Below, one piece after another: positions 45,623-54,262 of a stretch of 64,000 bases of DNA. Origin of the DNA: Deltaproteobacteria bacterium RIFCSPHIGHO2_01_FULL_43_49 (GTDB taxonomy: Bacteria > UBA10199 > SPLOWO2-01-44-7); NCBI GenBank assembly GCA_001798075.1, contig MGRG01000005.1, positions 1,148-65,147 of the forward strand, written 5' to 3'. Position 1 is the stretch's first letter. Each line of letters opens with the position of its first letter. The position numbers were made by a program, and so were the translations under genes. Below the pieces are notes generated by a model. That model was not told the DNA's origin and did not search any database. It saw only the letters and a list, made by a program, of their open reading frames with translations.

Positions 45623-46172
45623 AAAAATTTTCATAGGGGTGGTGAGCCTTCTTCTGGTGGCAAGCTCCGTTGCGGCAAAGGAAAAAGTAAAACATCCCTT
45701 TGACCTTTTTGATCATGAGATGCACACGGGGCTTTTTGAGACGGTTGAATTTCAATGTGAGAATTGTCACAAGGATCAGGAAGATTTTGCAAACAGGGAA
45801 AAGATGAATCGCCTGGGGTGTCACACCTGCCACAACAATCCCAATCCGCCACTGCCCGGAACTCAGGAGTGCACCGTTTGCCATATCGGCGGCAAATTTC
45901 CAAAACCCCAAAGTCATAAGGCGGGCTGGATTGCCAAACATGAGTCCTATGCCAAGCTCAATCCACAAGAATGCGCTCAATGTCATAGCAATGCGATGTT
46001 TTGCGTCGATTGCCATAAAAGAAGGGATACCATTCAACAGAAGGGGCATCGCCGTAACTTTAGATTTTTCCACTCGATCGAAGCGAGGGCCAATCCCAGA
46101 AAGTGTGATGCCTGTCATACCGTAAACTATTGTCAGCAGTGTCATGCCGGAGGAGGCAACTCAAAGAGATGA
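45606..46172 (+). CDS. periplasmic heptahaem cytochrome c
   Basis: The product has a signal peptide and seven CxxCH motifs in 188 aa (CENCH, CHTCH, CTVCH, CAQCH, CVDCH, CDACH, CQQCH). Confidence 0.75.
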   Translation: MTMEAKKIFIGVVSLLLVASSVAAKEKVKHPFDLFDHEMHTGLFETVEFQCENCHKDQEDFANREKMNRLGCHTCHNNPNPPLPGTQECTVCHIGGKFPKPQSHKAGWIAKHESYAKLNPQECAQCHSNAMFCVDCHKRRDTIQQKGHRRNFRFFHSIEARANPRKCDACHTVNYCQQCHAGGGNSKR

Positions 46173-46477
46173 AATCGTATTTGGCTTTACCCATTTTGCT
46201 TATTTCTGTAGGCTTTCTAACTTCCTGTGGTGGCGCCGCTCTGAATGAAGGGGAAAACTACGGAAACATCCTGAATACCTCCCAAGGTTTGACACTGACT
46301 CAAGCGGAACACCAAATCGGCTGGGGACAATCAGAGTGTACGATATGCCACAATTTAGAAAATATTCATCTGGTGGACCGAACGGGCATCACCGACATCA
46401 AGGCAGTTCATAACCAAGCATTGAGCGAAGGAATTTCTGGGTGTGCCGCCTGCCATGGAACAAACGGTGCCCCTTAA
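46169..46477 (+). CDS. dihaem cytochrome c lipoprotein
   Basis: The start is at internal Met (MKSYLALPILLISVGFLTSCGG, with a lipobox). CTICH and CAACH motifs are present. Confidence 0.6.
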   Translation: MKSYLALPILLISVGFLTSCGGAALNEGENYGNILNTSQGLTLTQAEHQIGWGQSECTICHNLENIHLVDRTGITDIKAVHNQALSEGISGCAACHGTNGAP

Positions 46478-47172
46478 ATTCCATGGCCATTTGTGTGACG
46501 AACAACATAAATACCTTCTGCAATTTCTTTATCTAGGGCAATTTCTGTTTCTTCAATTTTGAGGACATAAGAAGGGCGTTTTTGCAACAGATGAAGGGTG
46601 GCGCCCGGAATAACACCGAGCCCCGATAACCTTTCCAAGAGCGAGTGGTATTTGGGGGCAATGAAAATGATGCGATAGTTTTCTCCAACCTCTTCTAGGC
46701 TCAAGGGGGTCACCAGAGGTCTCACTTCGTTAACAAAAAGACGACAGCAATCACCGGGAGGAATAGGTCTTCCATGTGGACAGGACGGTGGGTGGCCCAA
46801 AAAAGAGCAAATTCCCTCTACTGCCTCAGGGGTGAGAACCTTTTCATGCTCCAAACGACAGGCCTGCGCCCTCACCGCTTCTTCAGAAAGATTGAAAACA
46901 ACCGCGAACAGGCGTTCGGCAAGACGATTTCGACGAATCAAAGAACGAGCCTGATTTTCACCTTTGGTGGCCAGTTTCAAACATCCATTCTTTTGCTGAA
47001 CGAGTCCTTCTTTGACGAGCTCCGAAGTAGCCCTCTCAACTTCCAAAGGGTCTACCTGAGAGAGACAATGATCCGGCTCTTCTTTCCCCACCTCTTGATT
47101 GAGCCAGGCCCTCACCAAGATGTGATCCTTGATTTCATCGAAACCCAGATCTTCTGTTGTTTCCTGTAACAT
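46474..47172 (-). CDS. DtxR/IdeR/MntR-family metal-dependent transcriptional regulator with C-terminal FeoA-like domain
   Basis: The product has a winged-helix N-terminus and metal-site motifs ACRLEHE and CPHGRPIP, as in DtxR. The C-terminal ~70 aa SH3-like segment (VRPLVTPLSLEEVGENYRIIFIAP...) resembles FeoA. Confidence 0.75.
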   Translation of the reverse strand: MLQETTEDLGFDEIKDHILVRAWLNQEVGKEEPDHCLSQVDPLEVERATSELVKEGLVQQKNGCLKLATKGENQARSLIRRNRLAERLFAVVFNLSEEAVRAQACRLEHEKVLTPEAVEGICSFLGHPPSCPHGRPIPPGDCCRLFVNEVRPLVTPLSLEEVGENYRIIFIAPKYHSLLERLSGLGVIPGATLHLLQKRPSYVLKIEETEIALDKEIAEGIYVVRHTNGHGI

Positions 47173-47174
47173 AA

Positions 47175-47420
47175 CTATTTCACCTTCTTAAAAACTTTTT
47201 GAAACCAATTGACAATCCTAGATTCGGCAACAAATTCATAACTGCAATTGGGGCATTTGAGCATGGAACATCCGCTGACCATCGCACAGCCACCACAGGC
47301 AGCCTCCCCTGCGTTGAACTGGAACCCACACAAAGGGCAGTCTTGCACCTTGGCTTTTGTCTGCTGAACTCCAACACTCGGCAATTGAAGTGCATCCATT
47401 ATAATCCTTTCAAAACCCAA
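47175..47420 (-). CDS. small cysteine-rich (zinc-ribbon-like) protein between feoB and the regulator
   Basis: The 81 aa product has the pattern CPLCG...CGGC...C...CPNC. I cannot assign a family. Confidence 0.4.
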   Translation of the reverse strand: MGFERIIMDALQLPSVGVQQTKAKVQDCPLCGFQFNAGEAACGGCAMVSGCSMLKCPNCSYEFVAESRIVNWFQKVFKKVK

Positions 47421-49402
47421 TTCAAAACACCCCCGACTAAAAAAGCAAAAGGGAAAACGAAAAAAACCATCCGCGCTGCTACCTTGCCACCATGCTCTTT
47501 AACCATCATAAAGACATTGGCAACACAAGGGACAAACAATGTAATGACGACAAGTGCCACCAGGGCCTGAACAACAGAGAGCTGGCCGTGGCTATACATA
47601 TCAAAAAAACCGGTTGCCCCGTAATCACGTCTCAAAAAACCGATCAAAAAAGCATTCGCTGCCTGAGCCGGCAATCCCAAAATGGAAACGACAAGAGGGG
47701 CCGCCAGCTTTTGAATCCGAGTCAAAAGATGGACTGCATCAAGAAGAAACAAAATGAAGGTCCCAAGCAAGAAAAGAGGTATGGCTTCCTTCACGTACCA
47801 TTCCAAATGAGAAAGGGTTTTCTTGGCGACATTGGAAAATTTAGGAACACGCAACGGGGGAATTTCCATTACAAAGGCATTTCCCTCCCCCGCAATGATC
47901 TTGTTCGACGCGAATCCCACAAAAAACATCACGCCCAGCATGACGAAGAGCCAGACCCAAAAGGCCCACATGGGCATTGTCCCAAACATCCCCAATAAAA
48001 CTCCCAATTGAGCAGAACAGGGGACAGCAAGTGCCAGCAGGAGAGTCACAATGAGACGCTGTTTTTTCGTCTCAAGAATCCTTGTCGTCAATGTTGCCAT
48101 CGTATCGCACCCAAGCCCTAAAACCATTGGCAAAACTGCCTTGCCATTGAGCCCCATCCCTTTGAAGAGACGATTGACCATTACTGCAAGTCTTGGAAGA
48201 TAACCGGAATCTTCCATCAAACTAAAGGCAATGAAAAATGTGGTGACAATGGGAAGGACAATCGCAAAACCGTAAGAAAGCCCCATCACCACCAACCCAT
48301 AGGGCCCGACAAAACAATCATGGAGTATTTTGAAAATCGGGTTGGCCTCGCCACTCAAAACATAACTGCCGACTAGAAATCCCTCCTCCACATTGTGGGC
48401 ATGAGAAAATGGCAATAGTTTGTCGAAAAACCAGATAAAAGCCGGTGAAATATATTTTGCAAAGATGCCATTTTCAATAAAGTCGACCGCAGTACCCGCA
48501 CCGAATTTTCCAACAAAGAGATAAACCAACTCCAAAATGCCGGCCAAGACGATCATGCCTGCAATGGGATGCATTGTCCAAGCAGATAGCCATGCCCCCA
48601 CAGCGCGTCCTCTTTTTTGCGTGGTCATCACCTTTTCCAATAGGGATTGGGTCAACGTACTTCTTTCTCGATTCATCAGAAAACTGACCGGCTCCGCAAA
48701 ATAGGCGGCCACTTGCCGGCACTGTTCTTCAATAATGTTTTGAACATTGTTTGACAGTTGAGATTTAAAGCGAGTGCTAATGTGTCTATCCCCGGCAAGC
48801 AGCATACTGGCCACCGACAGACGGCCGTGTATTTCTCCAGGCAGTGCACCCGTAATCGTTTTCAACGCCTTTGCAAAAATGGTCGAATATCCCCATTTAA
48901 ATGTGCAGGGCCTTGCATCTTTTATTCGTTCTTTTAATAGCGGGAGTCCAATTTTTCGGATCGCAACGGTTGTGACGACGGGAATACCCAAAACGGATTC
49001 CAGTTTTTTAGCGTCAATTTTAATGCCGGCACGGGCTGCCTCATCACACATATTGATGACCAAAACCATCGGAACACCCATTTCTTGGAGCTGCAAAGTA
49101 AGCGGTAATGCCCGCATCAGATTTTTAGCATCGGCAATCTGGATGACCAGACCCTCATTTTGAATCAGCAGATCACGAGTTACACACTCATCTTCAGACA
49201 TTGGGATTAAAGAATTGATGCCGGGTGTATCAACAACCTGATATTTTTTATCATCGATGAGCGCTTCTCCCTGAGACAAAGCGACAGTTGTACCCGGGTA
49301 ATTGGAGACTGTGGCGTAGGTCCCTGTGAGGTAGCCGAAGATGACACTTTTGCCCACATTGGGATTCCCCACCAAAAAGATCTTTGTTGAACTATTTACC
49401 AT
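47399..49402 (-). CDS. feoB: ferrous iron transport protein B
   Basis: The N-terminal G-protein domain (IFLVGNPNVGKSVIFGYLTG...VVDTPG) is followed by a polytopic membrane domain, 667 aa in total. Confidence 0.9.
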   Translation of the reverse strand: MVNSSTKIFLVGNPNVGKSVIFGYLTGTYATVSNYPGTTVALSQGEALIDDKKYQVVDTPGINSLIPMSEDECVTRDLLIQNEGLVIQIADAKNLMRALPLTLQLQEMGVPMVLVINMCDEAARAGIKIDAKKLESVLGIPVVTTVAIRKIGLPLLKERIKDARPCTFKWGYSTIFAKALKTITGALPGEIHGRLSVASMLLAGDRHISTRFKSQLSNNVQNIIEEQCRQVAAYFAEPVSFLMNRERSTLTQSLLEKVMTTQKRGRAVGAWLSAWTMHPIAGMIVLAGILELVYLFVGKFGAGTAVDFIENGIFAKYISPAFIWFFDKLLPFSHAHNVEEGFLVGSYVLSGEANPIFKILHDCFVGPYGLVVMGLSYGFAIVLPIVTTFFIAFSLMEDSGYLPRLAVMVNRLFKGMGLNGKAVLPMVLGLGCDTMATLTTRILETKKQRLIVTLLLALAVPCSAQLGVLLGMFGTMPMWAFWVWLFVMLGVMFFVGFASNKIIAGEGNAFVMEIPPLRVPKFSNVAKKTLSHLEWYVKEAIPLFLLGTFILFLLDAVHLLTRIQKLAAPLVVSILGLPAQAANAFLIGFLRRDYGATGFFDMYSHGQLSVVQALVALVVITLFVPCVANVFMMVKEHGGKVAARMVFFVFPFAFLVGGVLNWVLKGL

Positions 49403-49518
49403 ATAGTACCAGGTACCCCATGGTACCGTGTGGTACCAGGTACCTGGTGGTAGTGGCGTTAGGTAATACTAACAAAGGACAGATATGTCAAACAAAAGCT
49501 ACCACGTACCTAAATAAG
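49403..49518. promoter_or_regulatory. feoB leader/promoter with a helically phased array of GGTACC palindromes and a GTTAGGTAATACTAAC near-palindrome
   Basis: Directly visible: tagtaccaGGTACCccatGGTACCgtgtGGTACCaGGTACCtggtgg, with 10, 10 and 7 bp spacing, followed by gcgttaggtaatactaacaaa. Confidence 0.35.
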
Positions 49519-50121
49519 TTACTGATTTTGTTTGATTTTTTCTATCTGGTCTTTAAGATATTCTTTTGTGAGGACACCTGAGAATTTGTTTTGGATGAGC
49601 CCTTTGGAATCTATAAAAAAGGTCTCTGGGACACCTCCCACCCCATAGTCAATGGCCATTTGGCTTTTGGGATCGAAAAGAACGAGAAAAGGCTCTCCCA
49701 ACTCTTTTACAAATTGCACGACGGTTTCCTTTTTATCCTGATAAACTACTCCTAAAAATTTTACCCCCTCTTTTTCGTAAATTGAGCGTACCTCCTTAAG
49801 AACGGGGTGTTCATAAAAACAGGGGCCGCACCAGGTTGCCCAAAAGTTGATGACGACAGGCGAGCCTTTCAAAGAAGGAAGATCGATTTTTTTACCATCG
49901 AGTGTCTCCAGTAAAAAATCGGGGGCCATTTTTCCAACCATCGCTGATGGAAGCTCTCTGGGATTTCTGGTCAGTCCAAAGGCTAAGAGATAAACGATCG
50001 GGGCAACAATCAATATAAAAAGCAGCCAGCGTTTTAACACGGGGGCTCCCCCTCTTTTTTCTTCATTCCAGCGGAAATGAGAACTCCCAACACAATGACC
50101 CCACCACCACCCCAAATCCAA
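49519..50121 (-). CDS. ccmG: thiol:disulfide interchange protein CcmG/DsbE (thioredoxin-like)
   Basis: The product has a TM anchor followed by VVINFWATWCGPC, the CcmG WCxxC motif. The true start probably lies downstream of the ORF-track start, because this gene overlaps the ccmF 3' end. Confidence 0.75.
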   Translation of the reverse strand: MDLGWWWGHCVGSSHFRWNEEKRGGAPVLKRWLLFILIVAPIVYLLAFGLTRNPRELPSAMVGKMAPDFLLETLDGKKIDLPSLKGSPVVINFWATWCGPCFYEHPVLKEVRSIYEKEGVKFLGVVYQDKKETVVQFVKELGEPFLVLFDPKSQMAIDYGVGGVPETFFIDSKGLIQNKFSGVLTKEYLKDQIEKIKQNQ

Positions 50122-51938
50122 GAAACGGCAGGAGTCACCATCGTCCGGATCGTTGCCTCAAGACGGTTATGTTCAAAAGCCATGAGGGTTAAATATAAGT
50201 CTCCTGTCACAGTTGAATAAACGGCAGGGGAACCGACCGGTTCTCGATTATTCGGATAAAAATTGAGTTTGGGATTTAAATATCCAAGGGGCCTTCCATT
50301 TTTAAAAACCTCGATTTTTGCGATGACTTCAAAACGTTGTGGTTGTGGGTCCCCGTATAATTTATCCAGTTTGATTTGATATGGTTCCATTTCAAAAATA
50401 TCCCCCAATTTCAAGTGGACCTGATTTTCCTTTTGATAGTTTCCGGAGAGCGCCACTCCAATTGAAACGAATATAATCCCGATGTGGACGACAAATCCCC
50501 CATAGCGTCTTGGGTTTAAAGAAAAAACCCTTTTGGCCCTCCAAAAAACAGTGGCCATTTCGATCAACATAATGGAGAGAGACAATGTTGCGAAAGCAAC
50601 TGTGATTAAAACGAGTGGTTTTTTTATGCCTAAGATAAAAGCAATGACGACAGCAACAGCCATCAGCAAAACGGGCCATCGAAGAAGTTTAAGAAGGGTT
50701 TTGGGATCTCCCTTTTTCCAGGGAAGGGCGACACCCACCCCCATGAGCAAGATGATGAGGAGGGCCAGGGGAACAACCATTTGATTGAAAAAGGGGGCGC
50801 CAACCGTGACTTTCACACCGCGCAACGCTTCAACAATCAGGGGATACATTGTCCCCAATAAAACAACGAAACAAAAACAGACGAACAAAAGGTTATTGAT
50901 TAAAAAAGCTGTCTCACGACTTAAGGGGTGATCCAATTTTCCGGGACTTTTGAACTGCGGCCCCTTCCAGATCAAAAGGGCAGTGGCAATGGCCAACGCA
51001 ATTCCAATGCTAAACAAAAAGTAGAGACCAATTTCAGACTCCGTAAAGGAATGAACACTGTCGAGGACACCGGAGCGGGTTAAAAAGGTTCCGAGCAGGG
51101 TCAGGAGAAAAGTCATGCAGATCAAAACGAGATTCCAAATTTTGAGCATCTGGCGGCGTTCCTCCACCATGATGGAATGCAAAAAAGCGGTTCCGGTAAG
51201 CCACGGCATGAAACTCGCATTTTCCACCGGATCCCACGCCCAATAACCTCCCCAGCCCAAAACCGCATAAGACCACCAGCCCCCAAGGACAATGGCTATT
51301 GATAAAAACATCCAAGCGATCAAAAACCAGCGCCTGGTGATTGAAACCCAGGCATTACTCAAATCTCCTGTTACAAGACTCGCAATCGCGAAGGAAAAGG
51401 GGACACTCATTCCGACATATCCCAAATAAAGCATTGGGGGATGCAGACCCATAAGCCAGTGGTTTTGAAGAAGTGGATTGGGGCCGGGACCATTGTCTGG
51501 AACGGGATAAACACTCTGAAATGGATTCGCAGGAATTGCGAGAACAAGATAAAAGAAGGCGCCAATGGCAAATAGAGAAATACAAACCCACGGCATCAAA
51601 TTTTCAAACTTGTTTCGATTGCGATAAATACACAAAGCGGTATAGCCAGACAATACCCAACCCCAGAGCAAGATCGATCCCTCCAGAGAACTCCACAACG
51701 AAATGGCCGCATAAAATCGTGGTGTTTCTTTAGCCCCCACATGGGCGACATAGCTGACACTAAAGTCGTTCGTAAGGAGTGCCACCATCATGCCCAAACC
51801 GGCAACCGTCATCGCAAAAAAGTTGGTGTAGGCCAGTTTTCTTGCCACAGCCATTTTGCCAAAATAGGCAAAGGCCATTCCAGCAAGGGAAGAGGCAAGG
51901 GCCAAAAAGATGCAGATGTTTCCGATAGTATTAATCAT
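50034..51938 (-). CDS. ccmF: cytochrome c-type biogenesis protein CcmF (haem lyase)
   Basis: The 634 aa polytopic product carries the WD/W-rich motif GGYWAWDPVENASFMPWL. Confidence 0.9.
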   Translation of the reverse strand: MINTIGNICIFLALASSLAGMAFAYFGKMAVARKLAYTNFFAMTVAGLGMMVALLTNDFSVSYVAHVGAKETPRFYAAISLWSSLEGSILLWGWVLSGYTALCIYRNRNKFENLMPWVCISLFAIGAFFYLVLAIPANPFQSVYPVPDNGPGPNPLLQNHWLMGLHPPMLYLGYVGMSVPFSFAIASLVTGDLSNAWVSITRRWFLIAWMFLSIAIVLGGWWSYAVLGWGGYWAWDPVENASFMPWLTGTAFLHSIMVEERRQMLKIWNLVLICMTFLLTLLGTFLTRSGVLDSVHSFTESEIGLYFLFSIGIALAIATALLIWKGPQFKSPGKLDHPLSRETAFLINNLLFVCFCFVVLLGTMYPLIVEALRGVKVTVGAPFFNQMVVPLALLIILLMGVGVALPWKKGDPKTLLKLLRWPVLLMAVAVVIAFILGIKKPLVLITVAFATLSLSIMLIEMATVFWRAKRVFSLNPRRYGGFVVHIGIIFVSIGVALSGNYQKENQVHLKLGDIFEMEPYQIKLDKLYGDPQPQRFEVIAKIEVFKNGRPLGYLNPKLNFYPNNREPVGSPAVYSTVTGDLYLTLMAFEHNRLEATIRTMVTPAVSWIWGGGGVIVLGVLISAGMKKKEGEPPC

Positions 51939-51949
51939 TGTAACGGGGT

Positions 51950-52381
51950 CTACTTTCCCTTGAACCTCTTTAAATAGTGAATGACCGTTTTTAAATGTTC
52001 TTGTTCATCCGCCAAAATCCCCTTGATTAAAAGGGCTTCTTTGGGGGGAAGTGGCAGCTTGAGTATCTCTTCGTACAGTCGGATGGATTGGAGTTCCATT
52101 TCGATGTGCGCCTGAAGGGATGCCCTGAGGGAATCGGAACGAGGGACTCGCTTCGGCTCTGGAAGGGAAGGCGTAGAACCTGTTACGGTCGCAACAATCT
52201 CGCTGAATACTTTTGAATGAACCGCCTCTTCTTCAGCAAATCGTTTGAAGGTCTTGCCAATGTGTTCCCCATCGATGATCTTTTGATGGAACAGCTCTGC
52301 TTCATGCTCGTAGAGAGATTCATCTGCCAACTCCTGAATCGCGGCTGTTAAAATCTTTTCCATTTTTTCTCTCGACGGCAT
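51950..52381 (-). CDS. ferritin-like (diiron-carboxylate four-helix-bundle-like) protein embedded in the ccm operon
   Basis: Paired E...ExxH motifs are present (YEHEAELFHQ, EEEAVHSK, EMELQSIRLYEE, ADEQEHLK). The assignment is tentative. Confidence 0.4.
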   Translation of the reverse strand: MPSREKMEKILTAAIQELADESLYEHEAELFHQKIIDGEHIGKTFKRFAEEEAVHSKVFSEIVATVTGSTPSLPEPKRVPRSDSLRASLQAHIEMELQSIRLYEEILKLPLPPKEALLIKGILADEQEHLKTVIHYLKRFKGK

Positions 52382-52396
52382 ATTGCCTCCATTGTT

Positions 52397-52849
52397 TTAT
52401 GGAACTAGTTCCTTATAAATGATGGCGGGTTTTTCGCCCTCTTTGGGGGGGTGATATTCGTTGGAATGTTTGACCATTAAACGATCTGCCTGAAAAGAAC
52501 TTGTCTTCAAAAGTTTACCCTCAACAACAACCCCCATCCCTTCTTGAAACATTTGGGGTGGGGTTTCGTAACTCACAATAGAAATTTCTTTGGATCCATC
52601 CGAGAGCAAAAATTTAAGAGATACCCTTTCAGCATCCCATTGAATAGATCCCTTTTTAACAGTCCCTCCCAGCCGCACCGGTTTGTCATAGGCCAAGTCC
52701 CCCTTGGCCAAAAGTTCTGTCGGTGTGACAAAGTAGACGATATTTTTTTCTAATTTTCCGAAAATAAGATAGCTTAGACCCCCAACAATGATCGCCAAGG
52801 CAAACCCTAAACTAACCCAATTCTTTTTTTGCTTTTTTAAGTCGGACAT
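52397..52849 (-). CDS. ccmE: cytochrome c maturation haem chaperone CcmE
   Basis: The product has an N-terminal TM anchor, a VYFVTPTEL start to the OB fold, and VKHSNEYHPP, the haem-binding His region. Confidence 0.85.
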   Translation of the reverse strand: MSDLKKQKKNWVSLGFALAIIVGGLSYLIFGKLEKNIVYFVTPTELLAKGDLAYDKPVRLGGTVKKGSIQWDAERVSLKFLLSDGSKEISIVSYETPPQMFQEGMGVVVEGKLLKTSSFQADRLMVKHSNEYHPPKEGEKPAIIYKELVP

Positions 52850-52912
52850 AAAGTAAAATTGTATAGAGAATTAAAACACTCCAAGTCAATCCATAACCTG
52901 CAATTAAAAAAT

Positions 52913-53581
52913 TCATTGAATCTCCCCCATTATTTGATTCTCAATTTTTTCTTTAAGCCGACTTAAATGAAATCGATAATAGATAAAAAGAATGAGAATG
53001 AATAAAAAGGCAACAGCATTCAGTCGCAAACTCAAAACCATCTGGGGATCAACCGTGGAGGGACTTGATTGAACCTGGTGAAGAGTCCTCCACCATTTCA
53101 CGCTAAAATAGACGATTGGGACGTTTAGAAAAATAAGCAATCCCAACGGAGCGCTCAAACGGGCCCGTTTTTCTCGATCATCCACAAAAGCCCTGAAGGC
53201 CAAATATCCCACATACAAAAACAATAGAATCGCGGTGGTGGTAAGCCTTGCATCCCAAGTCCACCAAACGCCCCAAGTGGGGCGACCCCAAATGGAACCC
53301 AAAGACAAAGTCAGGGCGGTCAAGACACAACCTACTTCCGCGGAACTAGCTGCCAAATGATCCCAAAACATTTTTTTGCGAACCAAATATAAAATACTAC
53401 TGATAAAAACGATTGAATAGGCGATAAAAGAATTCCAGGCAGCGGGGACATGGACATACATCAGCTTTTGCACCTCTCCCATTTGGGCATCGGGCGGGCT
53501 TCTAAAAAGCCCCCACCATTGTGCAAAGATAAAAAAACCGATAGCCACAATTAAACTTCCATATTGAAAAATCTTCTTCAC
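52913..53581 (-). CDS. ccmC: haem exporter protein CcmC
   Basis: The WWD domain motif GRPTWGVWWTWDARLTTT is present in a 6-TM topology. Confidence 0.85.
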   Translation of the reverse strand: MKKIFQYGSLIVAIGFFIFAQWWGLFRSPPDAQMGEVQKLMYVHVPAAWNSFIAYSIVFISSILYLVRKKMFWDHLAASSAEVGCVLTALTLSLGSIWGRPTWGVWWTWDARLTTTAILLFLYVGYLAFRAFVDDREKRARLSAPLGLLIFLNVPIVYFSVKWWRTLHQVQSSPSTVDPQMVLSLRLNAVAFLFILILFIYYRFHLSRLKEKIENQIMGEIQ

Positions 53582-53584
53582 TTT

Positions 53585-54262
53585 TTAAGCCTCCAAAAGT
53601 AATCCTGCAGTGAGCAAGCAGGCCGACAAAAAAATACTATCAAAAACAAAAAGCATCTCTATCCAAGGTCTGGCTTGAAGAAAAGGGTCTCCTTCCAGGG
53701 CGTATTGTGTGGCAAAAACGCAAGCCAAAAGCAAGGGGATTAGCATCGGGAAAAGCAAAAGCGGTAGCATCACTTGACGCGCTCTGGTCTTGGTAATGAG
53801 GAGGGCATAGAAAGTTCCCAAGGTGGCTATGCCTAAATCTCCCAGTAAAAAAATTAAAACCAAATTCCAAGGTTCTTTAGGGACATCCAAATCATAAAGA
53901 ACCATCATCATCAAAAGAACGACCGTTTGGACGATGAGGACAAAGAGGAAGTTGGTGAAAAGCTTCCCTAAAAAAATGGCGCGATGACTGACCGAGTACA
54001 AAATGAGGCGATCGAGACAACCTTCTTCCGCCTCGGCTTGAAAAGAACGGTCGAGGGCGAGAACAGCACTGAACAAGACAACGAGCCAAAGGAGACCCGG
54101 CGCTAATTTTTTGAGCAAAGCAGTCTCCGGCCCGATCGCAAAACTAAAAAGAAAGATGATTAAAATCCCGAAAAAAAGGATGCTGTTCAATGTCTCCCTC
54201 TTTCTCAGTTCGGAGAGGAGATCCTTATGACAGATGGCAGCCAAACAACGAATGAAATTCAT
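53585..54262 (-). CDS. ccmB: haem exporter membrane protein CcmB
   Basis: The 225 aa polytopic protein sits between ccmA and ccmC. The motif pattern FxxxxxKDLxxExR is typical of CcmB. Confidence 0.75.
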   Translation of the reverse strand: MNFIRCLAAICHKDLLSELRKRETLNSILFFGILIIFLFSFAIGPETALLKKLAPGLLWLVVLFSAVLALDRSFQAEAEEGCLDRLILYSVSHRAIFLGKLFTNFLFVLIVQTVVLLMMMVLYDLDVPKEPWNLVLIFLLGDLGIATLGTFYALLITKTRARQVMLPLLLFPMLIPLLLACVFATQYALEGDPFLQARPWIEMLFVFDSIFLSACLLTAGLLLEA

